Below are positions 13,092 to 24,200 of a stretch of 64,000 bases of DNA, in pieces. The position numbers were made by a program, and so were the translations under genes. Source of the stretch: Blepharisma stoltei ATCC 30299 (lineage: Eukaryota; Protista; Ciliophora); NCBI GenBank assembly GCA_965603825.1, contig CBFDEM010000004.1:930001-994000 (forward strand), in the 5' to 3' direction. Each line of letters starts with the position of its first letter. The stretch's first letter is position 1. The notes beneath the pieces were generated by a model, which searched no databases, was not told the DNA's origin, and saw nothing but the letters and a program-made list of their open reading frames with translations.

Positions 13092-13808
13092 ATGTTTTCT
13101 TTCTCAATTTCTAAATTTTTGAAGCCTGACAGGGTCGTCCCTCATGACGAGGAAACATATTATATGACTGAAGCTGAGGCCAAAGAGCTAAGTGTCGGCT
13201 TTAACCAACAACTAAAACAATGCTCGGTCCAAATAGAAGAATTCAATAATAGAAATCAAAGTCTAAAGGAAAAGCTCCTACAAACTTCAAAGAGAAACAA
13301 AAAAATGCAGGAAAACACTGCACAGAAAGAAGAAGAGCTGAAGCATATGGAAAATGATTTAATAAACAGAAAACAATACCTAGAGCAACTGGAAGCACGC
13401 CTAAATCAGTCCAGCCAAGACATTACAAACGAAAACTGGAAAGAAGACATTGAACAAGCCAAAATTTCTATAGAAAATTCCTCATACGACCGCCTACGAA
13501 CTAATATTTTTTCCCTCCTCAACCATCTTAAAGATCTTGAAGCCCAAAAACTTTCCTTGCAAACTGAAAATGAAATAATCAACAAGAAAATCACGGAAAC
13601 CAAAGAAAAAGAATACAGGCCTCTGGAGTGTAAAAACTGCAAAAGTATTTTCATTCCAATCCAAAACCATGATATGGCCTGCAGCTATCATCCTGGGAAG
13701 CTAAAATATTATTCTTGCAGAGGCTGTGGAGAAGACGCCTATATGAACTGCTGCCTAAAATGCAAAAAATGCTCTGAAGGCTGTAAAATCAGCCACCACG
13801 TTGCATAA
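13092..13808 (+). CDS. Coiled-coil protein with C-terminal CHORD-like Cys/His domain, 238 aa
   Basis: Heptad-rich body; CKNC..N...C.YHPG...CC...GC..SHH. Confidence 0.7.
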   Translation: MFSFSISKFLKPDRVVPHDEETYYMTEAEAKELSVGFNQQLKQCSVQIEEFNNRNQSLKEKLLQTSKRNKKMQENTAQKEEELKHMENDLINRKQYLEQLEARLNQSSQDITNENWKEDIEQAKISIENSSYDRLRTNIFSLLNHLKDLEAQKLSLQTENEIINKKITETKEKEYRPLECKNCKSIFIPIQNHDMACSYHPGKLKYYSCRGCGEDAYMNCCLKCKKCSEGCKISHHVA

Positions 13809-14065
13809 GCAATAACGTTCTTTATTGCATTATGCGAAAATTAATAGGTAAATAATCAAAAAAAAGAAAAATTGTCCCGAATAAGTCAAAAAAAATAATT
13901 AAATTAATTCTGATGCCCTTTTTAAAAACCTTTCTAATAAACAGCTGAAAAATTTGAATATTTAAGCTCTTATAGATTTCTTTGAAAATTAAATTCACCA
14001 TATTTCTGTCTGAATTCAAAAAATATTGTAGTTCTACTGATATAATTGATAAATATTATTATAAT

Positions 14066-14491
14066 ATGAGCAAAACCACAGTTGAGGCTAATAATTCAGT
14101 TATTGACCTTTCCCAGCCAAAAAAGCATTTCCGACTCTCAGACGAGAAATGCATGAACTCATATACAACCATTAGCTGCCAGCCTATTGATGAAAATTGT
14201 GAGTCTCGGAAATTGAATAATTTATATAAATCGCATTATGCAGAATTAATGATAATGAAGCCCCAGGAAGCGGCTAAGCTGTTTAAAAAGATCACGGATG
14301 ACAAAATAATCAGCTATAAAGAACTCTATAAAAGGGTAAACTCCTTGTTAAAAAATTTTGATAATTCTTTAGATGCAGTCAGCGTAAGAGATGACTGCTC
14401 AATACAGCCAAGTACAATAAAAATAAACAAGCCAGCACTTTCGCTTCTATTTAGAAGAAGGACAAGTGGTGGGAATACTGTTATTAACTAA
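14066..14491 (+). CDS. Hypothetical protein, 141 aa
   Basis: First ATG (MSKTT) follows an AT-rich leader; the track's upstream TTG start is unlikely in a eukaryote. Confidence 0.55.
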   Translation: MSKTTVEANNSVIDLSQPKKHFRLSDEKCMNSYTTISCQPIDENCESRKLNNLYKSHYAELMIMKPQEAAKLFKKITDDKIISYKELYKRVNSLLKNFDNSLDAVSVRDDCSIQPSTIKINKPALSLLFRRRTSGGNTVIN

Positions 14492-14532
14492 ATTTAAATC
14501 AATTAGTATAATAAAAAAAATCTACATGAGAG

Positions 14533-15849
14533 CTAAGTTTCAGATTCTTGGGTTTTGTCTCTAATTTTTCTTAGAGTATTGCAGATACTGAATAGATATG
14601 CTTTTATTTCTATATGTTCTTTTAAGATTTGATTCATTTTTTTATCCAAGCGATCTCTTGGAGAATCTATGCCATACATAGCTCTTTGTTTAAATCTTAA
14701 CCTTTGGAATTTATATATCTCTTTTTTTACTTTTCCCAACTGCAAATCTCTGACTTCTTTTTCAATTTCCCTCTTTTTTACATACAATTTGTATCTAAAT
14801 GCATTTGCAATTACACTTGCAGCCTGCTCTTGCAATTTCTTTTTAAAATTCAATCTAGACAGTAAAATTCACGCTTTTTCTTGGCCAGATTCGAATTCTA
14901 GCGCTTGTGTCAATGTTACGATCATCATTGACACCGAAAGGATTCCTCAAATGCACGAAAGAGACCCTACAATTCTTCCAGGAAGCGTTGTAGGGTAGAT
15001 GTCCCCATACCCTACCGTCGTCATTGTAATAGCGACATACCAAAAGCAATTTCCATAGTCAGAAAATTCAAACTTGCTTTCACTTTGTATAGGCCTTTCT
15101 AGTATCCTTATCCAAAACCCTGATACTAGTATCCCAATCATAAGCATCGACACAAATCCATAAGTCGGAGACTGGTTCATTAATGATTTTACTGTAAAAG
15201 AAATCCCTGGATATGAGCCGTTCAGATGATTTACTCTTTGAGATCTGCCTGACCTATATTTCGAAAACACTGAAAAAAGCCTAATTAAATGATAAATCCT
15301 AAGTGCACATATAATTGTGAATATAGAATTATAAGAATACGCAATCATCACGTTGTATTTGGCATTATAATAGCTAAATGTTTCATCTCCAAGAAATCAT
15401 ATTGGGTGTATACAATTTAGCATAATTTCGAAAATAAGCCAATATATCCGGCCAGACGTGACAATTGTGTCAGATGCCGTAAAAATCCCTTTCGCTTGCT
15501 CTCATCTGTGTTCTTTAATTGTCCTTCATATGATCTCAAAGAGAAGGAGCAGCGTGCTGATAGAGCATATGAAATATAAACAGTCAATTACAAATGATTT
15601 TTCATTAGCAGTATAATCATCATAAGAAAGGTCATAAAGAATTGCAGAGCTGCCAAATCCTATCATTGAGAGCAATGAGCAGGAAATCTCTGATATTTTA
15701 AGCTGCTCGAAACAGGTATCGGTTTTCCGAAAGTCTTCATGCCAAAGCTCAAATAGAGATTGCTTCAGCATTGCTTTTGAAACGCTTCTCAAGAGGCGTC
15801 TTTGTTGGAAACTCATACTTGAGTTCGGACTTTCTTCCCTCTCATACAT
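14533..15849 (-). CDS. Small-conductance Ca2+-activated K+ channel-like protein (6TM plus calmodulin-binding region), 438 aa
   Basis: One frame with five TGA=Trp (15526, 15502, 15397, 14947, 14869); EIMLNCIHPIW; RILERP; pore TMTTVGYGD; CIWG; C-terminal AASVIANAFR helix. Confidence 0.88.
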
Positions 15850-16130
15850 ATTTCCGGTATGAAATTAAAGTTATTGCTTAATACTTATTTAGATGTGGGA
15901 AAATCAATCTATGACCAACAATTTTCAACATTGGACCATTTAAATAGAAAAGAAATCACACAAAGCAAAGGATTTTATCTTTAATTTACGTGTAATCAAT
16001 GACATTTTATTAATAATTTTGAATGAAATTTATAAGCTCATGGATTTTTGCTGAATAATATAAATAAGATTTTATAGAGATTTGCAAGAAAAAGACATAA
16101 ATTATGAATATTATGTTTTTAAGCTAAATT

Positions 16131-17657
16131 TTAATATTTTTTATTATTTGATGGAACCTCTGCTTGAAGTACAAACGATGGGTTTTTGTCAAAAGAAAGA
16201 TCTTTAGAGTCAACTATCATGGTTTTATTTTGCTTAGAAGATGCCCTAGATCTAACTTTTGGTGAAGGTGCTTGCTGTCCACCTTGCTCGGTCAAAAAGA
16301 AGTAGTTTTCAAGGAGCCTTTTTTGAGAATCTATTACAATTTTAGTATCATTTTTGTGTTTAATTTCTTTTTTATAGAGTTCCCGATTGCTATCTCTTTC
16401 TTTTATTACTTGGTTTAATACTTCTCCAAGCTTTTCTAATGTTTTAAGGTCCTGCTCCTGATTTGAATAAATCTTTTTGATTTCTTTTTGCTTTTTTATT
16501 ATCGCCTCTTGTAAGCTTTTTCCTATACCTGCAATTGGAGATAATAAGGCATTTTCTTTTATACAGCTTTTATTTACAGGAGAAGCGGCATTGTTCATGC
16601 TATCATTTTTACATTTGGCAACTGATGAGCTTCTGATTGGGGCAGTCCTATTAAGTCTATCAGCTGTTGTGCTTCTCTTTTTTGCTAAGGTATTTTCTAT
16701 ATACTTTTTTGTAAACAAATTATTTGTTAACTGTATATAATTATTATCCCTCTTCGCAGTCAAAAGTTTATTGCTTGCCAGAGCTTTGAACAATCTATAT
16801 AAGGCATACAGTGGAAATTTTTCCCTTTGTGGGTATTTTGGTATTTCATTTTCTAACAAAAAAATTGGCTTAATTCCTCCATTAAAATTTCCATTTTCAA
16901 CATCTCTGATGAGCTTATCTTGGTTTTGAAAATTAAGAAACAGCTCAGTGCTTTCTTTTTCCATTTTTTTGATAAGTTCACTGATTATATTTTACTCTTT
17001 TGACCTGAAATATCTTTTAGACTCAATAATAAAATCATTAATGTCTTTTGATAATAATTCAATTTTTTCTTCATACTCACATTTAACATTTTCTAAGAAA
17101 AATCTGTTATTATTTTCAATTTCTAAAAACCTTGTGTTGAATTCTGAATAAACTTCAGACTTAGCATCTCTTTTTGTCTCTAATAAATAATATATATCAC
17201 TGGATTGATTTTGCATAGTAGTTTTTAAGTTGAAAATGTCCCTTGCTCTACCGATTACATCATTATGTGATTTTACTAGCATCTCTTGAATGCATTCAGC
17301 TTCTTTTAATTTATCAGACACAAGCCTTTCAGTTTCTAATAAATTCGAGTCGTTAAATCCGCTTTCCATACTCTTCATATTCCTGCTCAAATTCTGAATC
17401 CTTTCCTTATATTTCTCCTCATTTTCTGCTTTTCTCATCTCCAAAGCCTTAATCTCCTTTTCAATTTTTTCTAACTTTTCAGTCAATTTTTTATTTCTCT
17501 TTTCAATTTCATTGCATTTCTCGATAGCTTCCACATAATTTTCAAGTCCTTTTCTTTCTTTAGAATCATTAGCACTTTTATTTGCAAGTAATACTTTTTC
17601 AGGTAGGGCTAGGAGCTTTGAGAGCTTTTTTATTTTCATCTCATAATTGAAGTCCAT
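16131..17657 (-). CDS. Coiled-coil protein, ~503 aa, one intron
   Basis: Intron 16981-16995 joins ORFs 16992..17657 and 16131..16964 in frame. Confidence 0.75.
16981..16995 (-). other. 15-nt spliceosomal intron
   Basis: GTAAAATATAATCAG on the minus strand. Confidence 0.8.
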
Positions 17658-17764
17658 TTTAATATATCAAAAATCTCTATTAAGTATCACCTGGCAGTCC
17701 TAATTTTTTTAATTAGTGAGTCTACACATTTATTTAGGCAGTTTCTAAAAGATTTAAAAATATT

Positions 17765-19318
17765 ATGGGAATTAGAGAGGACTATAAAAAGTGGCCTATT
17801 AGAAGGCAGCTTCAAACTACTTTTATTACAACAGCTTTGATTATTGTTGGGGTACTGATCACTATAACCCAATTCCAATTAGATTGATTACGAGACAAAA
17901 TGACGGACAAATCTGACTCAGTCACACAAGACGCTTTGAATAATCATATAAGCATTTTAGGACAAGAAATGGCTTCTTATGTGCAAACGGAGTTTGCAGG
18001 CTACATTAAATTTATATCAATTTTTAAAGATTTAGAGTTACTTATATTGGGCCACAATCAATACTCATCTCCACCTATTGTCCCAAGCTCTCCTGTATGG
18101 CATGATAATATTCCTTCATCAATAGAAGTATTAGAGGACGGGATATATGTAACTTACAATACAGGCGTTTTTTATTCCAGATATGCCTCTTCATTAAGCA
18201 CAGATGGCGAAACTTTAGTAGCTATGGATGCGGCAATGGACAAGCTTTACCCTAAAATGTTTATGGAAATGTTTGATTCTATATATGCTGGATTTGAGAC
18301 TGACGAAATTCTTCATTTTTACCCTGGGTATAAATTCAATGTAACAGATTATTCACCTTTGACGCGAGAATGGTATTATAAAGCCCATGATAATTCAAGC
18401 TGAGCAGCCATTACCCAGCCTTATCAAGATGCAGGTTCTCTTAAATGGATGTTCACGATTTCTCAAGCAATTGTCATTGATAATGCAGTTTATGGTGTCG
18501 TGGCTGCTGATATTTTATTAACTACAATTACTGAAAAAATAAATAGTGTAGTGATCCTTGACAGCGGATTTTTGCTATTAGTTTCTAATGAAGGACTTGT
18601 AATTAGCAAGCCTGCCTCTTGGAAAAATATGGGAGACCCTTTAAGAATTTATGAGGAATCCAAAACAGGGATTTCAGAAACTCAATGAAATTCTTTTATA
18701 GAAGGAAGTTCAACAGATATCCAAAAATTCACAGACATTAATGGCACTGAGTACCATATGACGGTATCCAAAGTCACTCCATATGAAAATCTATCAAATA
18801 TCACCCACTATCTCTGTACTTGTGTAAAGCAAAAAGAAGCTTATAAACCTATATCAGACATGAAAGACAACTTTAGAGATACTTATGATGCTATTTTTTG
18901 GGTCATAGTTGCTATTGCGATTGTTACATTTGTGATCACGCTCGTTTTGATTTATTTTGCTACTAAAAACCTTAGTAGAGATCTTAAAGAATTTGAGCTA
19001 CTTTTTTTGAAAATCGTAAATAGAGGACTTTTCCCAGATATGACCAAAAAAATCAGCTTGGAAAGAATTCAAAAAGCAAGGGATTTTATGCCAACTCTGG
19101 TGGATGGGTGTGAAAAATATATAGATAATTTAAAAAATAAGGAAGAAGAATTTTCGTTTTTTGAGTGGGGAGATACAAGGCCATGTGATAGATTTTTATA
19201 TGAAAATTGATGTAACAAGATTTATCCTTTTAATCTTTATAATAGCAAAGAAATGAGCTGGAGATTTATTATCCCGAAATTGGAAATTATATCAAATTCG
19301 TTTAATTTATTCAAGTAA
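17765..19318 (+). CDS. TM-dCache_1-TM membrane sensor-like protein, paralog 1, 517 aa
   Basis: Single frame with TGA=Trp at 17885, 18401, 18686 and 19208; YSPLTREWYY..PYQD..GVVAAD Cache motif; two TM helices; collinear with paralog 2. Confidence 0.88.
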
Positions 19319-19369
19319 AAAAATTAAAAATAAGACAAATAACACCTTATAAAACTGTCATTATAAAAC

Positions 19370-20932
19370 ATGGGATTCATGGACAGGTTCAACAAATGGA
19401 CTATGCGGCAGCAGCTGCAAGTCGCATTCGTGGTCACCTCCTTTCTGCTAGTTGGCATTCTTATTTTAATTACAAGGCTGCAGCTCGATTGGCTTAAAAA
19501 TCAGATGATCGATAGATCTGATACAGTCGTCATAGACTCTTTACGAGACCAAATGCGTGACCTCGGCAGAGAAAAAGCAGCTTTTATAGAGCGAGAATTA
19601 GAAAATACAATGAATTACGTCAAAGTTCTAAGAGATATCGATATGATTCTTCTAGGCTTCAATAGTTATACAAAGGCTCCAATTGCTTTGACTGCGACCG
19701 AAACAGGAGTATGAAATTATGATATTCCTGCATCTCAGATTGTAGATGTCAATGGGACGTCCTATACCTATGCTACTGGTGTTTTTCTATCAAAATACTC
19801 TGATGATATGAGCACTGAAGGAACAGCTCTAATGAAAGCCCAACATGCCATGGACAAAATTTTCCCTCACATATGAAGAACAGAGTACTCAGGAATTTAC
19901 TTTGGATTTGAAATTGAAGAGCTCTTCCATTACTACCCAGGCTATAAAAACTCTGACCAAAGCTACACCCCACTGGTAAGAGAATGGTACTATAAAGCAG
20001 CCAATAAAACGGACGGGTCCGTTATTATAACAGAGCCATATACAGACGCTGATTCTGGTGTATGGATGATTACGTCATCTTGTGCACTTATAGTAAATAG
20101 CTCAGTCTATGGGGTAGCAGGCGCAGATTTAAGCTTGGCTTATTTGTCGACTGAAATAAATAATGTAGTTATATTAGACAGCGGCTTTATGATGCTGGTT
20201 TCTTCTGAAGGGATGATTATTTGTATGCCAGACTCTTGGTCATATTTAGGGACATCTATAAGAATTTATGACGAAACTAAGACTGGGATCAGTCTGAATA
20301 CTTGGAATTCACTGATTTCAGGGTCTGATGATGAACTTCAGACTTTTTATGATATTAATGGGACTGAGTATTATACAATTGTAACTCCTGTTATACCTGA
20401 AGGGTTTACGAAAGCGTCGCATTATTTATTAACTTGTGCATATCGTACGGAGGCGAGAGAGCCAATTTCCCATATGAAAGATAAATATGATACTACGTAT
20501 TGGACTATTTTTTGGATTGTTATTGCTATCGCTATTATCACATTTTTAATTATCGTCGTTTTAATTTATTTCGTAACCCGAAAAGTCAGCTCCCAGCTCA
20601 AAGAAATTGAACGAGTTTTTACTAAACTGACTCATAGAGGACTTTTCCCTGACATAACTAAAGGAATTAATCTTGAAAAAATAGAAAAAGCCGAAAGCTC
20701 TATGCCGGGGCTGGTCCAAGCCTGCATACAAAAAATTGACTCAATTCAGAAAAAAGAAGAATCGTTTTATTTCTTCGAGTGGGGGTCAACCAGACCATCT
20801 GATGAGCTGATTTTTGAAGACTGGTGCAGCAAGATTTATCCGTTTAACTTGTATCATGATAAGGATATGTCGTGGAGAGCTACAATTCCGAACCTCACAA
20901 AGGTGGTGGCGAATAAACCAACTAATAAGTAA
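19370..20932 (+). CDS. TM-dCache_1-TM membrane sensor-like protein, paralog 2, 520 aa
   Basis: Single frame with TGA=Trp at 19712 and 19874; YTPLVREWYY..EPYTD..GVAGAD; two TM helices. Confidence 0.88.
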
Positions 20933-20988
20933 GAATATAATGATTTAATATCATGCTGGTAAAATCTGGATAAAAGTATTTATCATAA

Positions 20989-21447
20989 TTAGTTATTTTG
21001 GTTAGCTTTTTTCGATAGGGTTAGATTTATAAACTCACGAAATTGATGTAAAAGCAAGTCTCTAATCGATCCTAAGACTTTTCTAAATGACGTAGATCCT
21101 AGGTCAAATATAAACGCTATCCCTTTGTCTATGCTTTCTTGATAAGTTTCCAAGAATGGGCCTAAGCAAGAATCATATATTAGCCCAGCTCCTCCAAAAA
21201 CACTCAAAAATACAAAAAGTGCAAATCTTCCGATATAAAATGCAGGGATTTTTAAAAGCAGCGATTCGAACAAGTACTCAAACAATAAAAGCAAAGACCG
21301 AACTATCCAAAACTTATGCCAGAAATCAAGTGAGCCTGTAGCTTCTGTTTCTTTATAAGCTTTCAGTGATGAGTATGCTGGATAAAAGTCAGCTGCAATA
21401 AAACTATTTGGGATTTACTATAAAAATATCATCAAGGTGTCCAACAT
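20989..21447 (-). CDS. TB2/DP1/HVA22 (REEP)-family protein, 147 aa, one intron
   Basis: FYPAYSSLKA..WHKFWIV..GGAGLIYD..LGPFL; intron 21404-21418. Confidence 0.8.
21404..21418 (-). other. 15-nt spliceosomal intron
   Basis: GTAAATCCCAAATAG on the minus strand. Confidence 0.8.
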
Positions 21448-21520
21448 TTTCTTAATTTTATTTACTTTAAAAATGTTAACAATCTCTAATGAAAAGCCTC
21501 TAATTTTAGGTATATAAAAT

Positions 21521-22339
21521 ATGGCTGAAAAGGTCCTTAATAAGCTAGGCACATTAGGAGGTTTATTACTTTTGTCAAGTTTTGGAATAAACAAGTTCTG
21601 CTACTTTGTTGATGGTGGCGAACGAGCTTTGGTGTTTGACAGATTCAAAGGTATTAAGCCTGACGTGTTCGGAGAAGGAATTCACTTTATGGTCCCGTTT
21701 ATCCAATGGCCTATCTTTTTTGAGATCCGTACAACAGCTAAAACCATCAACTCCAAGACAGGTACAAAGGATCTGCAAATGGTTAACATTGACCTCAGAT
21801 TTTTGTATAGACCTGACCCAGCATATCTCCCATCAATTTACCTTAATTTGGGAAAAGATTACGATGAGCGTGTCTTACCATCTATTGGAAATGAAGTTTT
21901 AAAGTCCATTGTGGCCCAATACAACGCAGAACAGCTTCTTACCCAAAGAGAACAAGTTTCACACGAAATCAGAGAAAGACTTACACAAAGAGCTAACGAG
22001 TTCCATATAGTCCTTGATGATGTCGCTATCACACACTTGAACTTTGGGCCTGAATTTACAGCTGCTTGCGAGCAAAAACAAGTCGCTCAACAAGACGCTG
22101 AAAGAGCCAAATTCTTGGTCATGAAAAGAGAACAGGAAAGAAAAGCTGCAATTATAAGGGCTGAAGGAGAAGCTGACGCTGCGAGACTTGTGTCAGAAGC
22201 CATTAAGACTCACGGAAGTGGACTTTTAGAAATCAGAAGAATTGAAGCAGCGAAAAATATTGCAGGAAGCTTGTCGAAGGCACCAAATATTACATATTTG
22301 CCAGGTGGGAATGCAAATCTTCTTAATATTCCAGTTTAA
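21521..22339 (+). CDS. PHB1: Prohibitin 1, 272 aa
   Basis: VDGGERA..FDRF; TKDLQMVNI; DYDERVLPSIGNEVLK; EQKQVAQQDAERA. Confidence 0.95.
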   Translation: MAEKVLNKLGTLGGLLLLSSFGINKFCYFVDGGERALVFDRFKGIKPDVFGEGIHFMVPFIQWPIFFEIRTTAKTINSKTGTKDLQMVNIDLRFLYRPDPAYLPSIYLNLGKDYDERVLPSIGNEVLKSIVAQYNAEQLLTQREQVSHEIRERLTQRANEFHIVLDDVAITHLNFGPEFTAACEQKQVAQQDAERAKFLVMKREQERKAAIIRAEGEADAARLVSEAIKTHGSGLLEIRRIEAAKNIAGSLSKAPNITYLPGGNANLLNIPV

Positions 22340-22616
22340 GGATAATTTTAATAGGATATTTGAAATAATTACAGTTGCTATATAATGAGGGATTACAAAT
22401 TTAAGAGGATTTAATTAAATTTAAAGGTATTGGTTACTATAAAAGTTTTATGGCTAACAATTTAATATCAATAAGTAGTCAATTGAAACCAGTAATAATG
22501 CCTTTTTGAGTTTCTAGCAAAATCCTATTTACTAATAAAGCAAACCTATTCTAAAAAAGTCAAAAAGACACTTATTATCTGTAAAATTTATACTCAAAAA
22601 CATCAAGCTTGATAAT

Positions 22617-23024
22617 TTATTTTTTATCAGATTCTGAGCTATAAGATGAAGATCCTGATTCTGAGCCTGAATCACTTCCAGACTCTGAAGAGCCACTACT
22701 TGAAGGCCCTGATGACCCTGATGAGCTTGAAGAGCTGCTTGACTCCTTAGCTCGCTTTATCGGCAGCTTAATTTTTTCTTCTTCGCTGCTGCTACTGTCT
22801 TCAGGAACTCCTCTCCTTTTGTCTCCATCAGTAACTTTCGGTATCTTTGGAGGCTTTTCAGCAGCAATTTCAGGCTTGAGATCAGGGTTATGGAACTGCA
22901 TAGACGCGCTTGGTCTAAACACATAGGTCCTTTGATTTTTGCATTCATAGCTTCAATGCCCATATTCAAGGCATCTTTGGCATTGTACAACCCCTGGAAG
23001 TGCTTGCTTCAGCTTTTTACCCAT
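22617..23024 (-). CDS. ZCCHC10: Zinc-knuckle protein, ZCCHC10-like, 135 aa
   Basis: CQRCLEYGHW(TGA 22953-22955)SYEC..RTYVFRPS followed by a Ser-rich tail. Confidence 0.85.
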
Positions 23025-23046
23025 TTATTGATTTTATTTATTTTTA

Positions 23047-23862
23047 TTAATTCTTGAATAGCTCAAATGATTTAGCGTCTAAATAAAGGTTACAGTCTCT
23101 TACGTCTAGCTTTTTTTTGCCTTTATAAAATGATCCTTTTTCAGTTAAAATTTTCCTTCCTGTTTCATAATCTCCTGGACCTGGTAATTTTGGTAATTCT
23201 AACTATAGTTTACTTTCTCCAGCGTCTCTGCCGACTTTTGAAAATATTCCGCCTTTTATTAAATTGCTGAAACTTTGCAAGTTATAGCACCCTGGACCTG
23301 GACTTAATTTTCCTTTTAGGTATCTTTCGTAGTTTTTTGCGTAGATTTTGTCAGTTTTTTGGGCGGATTTAATAGTGACCATAGAACTTGAGGAAGAGAG
23401 TTTTGGGTTATAAGAGGTTGGTGATGGCGAGTCATATCTTTCAAACATTTTATATCTTTGCGCCTTGGAAAAATTTACTGATGGAGCTATAGGTTTAGGC
23501 GAATTATAAATAGGTCCTGGAGATCGGTCAAGCTGAGATTTTATAAAGGTGGATTCACGCTTGGATTTTGGAAACGTAAATTTTGTTTCGGATCGATATG
23601 TAAGTGAGGCGTTGGGAGAGTAAATATTGAAGCCTGGAGATTGAGTGCCTTGAAGTAAATGAGATAAAGGCTTGTTTATATATTGATTTGTGGGGATTTT
23701 CGAATTTGAAATGGTAACTTGTGGGGAGTTTTTATAAAGCATGGAGGTCGTTCCGATTTTGCTTGATATCTCATAGCTGCCAGGACCTATTTCTAAATTG
23801 ATAAATCCTTCAGAATTGCGACGAGAGTGAGAAAGGCTTGATTTCTGAGTTGTTTCTTGCAT
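23047..23862 (-). CDS. Sperm-tail PG-rich repeat (STPG/SHIPPO-like) ciliary protein, 266 aa, one intron
   Basis: Repeated PGPxxY motifs (GPGSY, SPGPIY, SPGPGCY, PGPGDY after intron 23199-23213). Confidence 0.8.
23199..23213 (-). other. 15-nt spliceosomal intron
   Basis: GTAAACTATAGTTAG; splicing adds another PGPGDY repeat. Confidence 0.85.
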
Positions 23863-24200
23863 ATTTATTATTAAAAATAAACTTATTTGGAAAAAAATTT
23901 AGAATTTAATTAATTCTAAATTAAATTAAATTCAAAGATTTTTATTTCATTAGAAAGAGAAAATTATTATTAAAAATTGAAATATTTTTATAACTTTATA
24001 CCGATTTTTCTTTTCAGAGAAAATACTAGCGTTTTATTGTAAAATTGAATAATATTCTAATCATTTCAAATTCAAAAAATTAAGCTTTTTTTCCTATATA
24101 ATTGATTATTATTTTATTATGATATTAAAAGAAATGCAATAAAATATTTGCATGACATTTTCTCATTAAATTATTAACAATTTGGATATTTTAAACTTAA

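Noticed and set aside
14533-20932. SK channel near the dCache pair as a functional cluster
   Set aside because: They are separated by an unrelated coiled-coil gene, and gene neighbourhood in ciliates is weak evidence of shared function.
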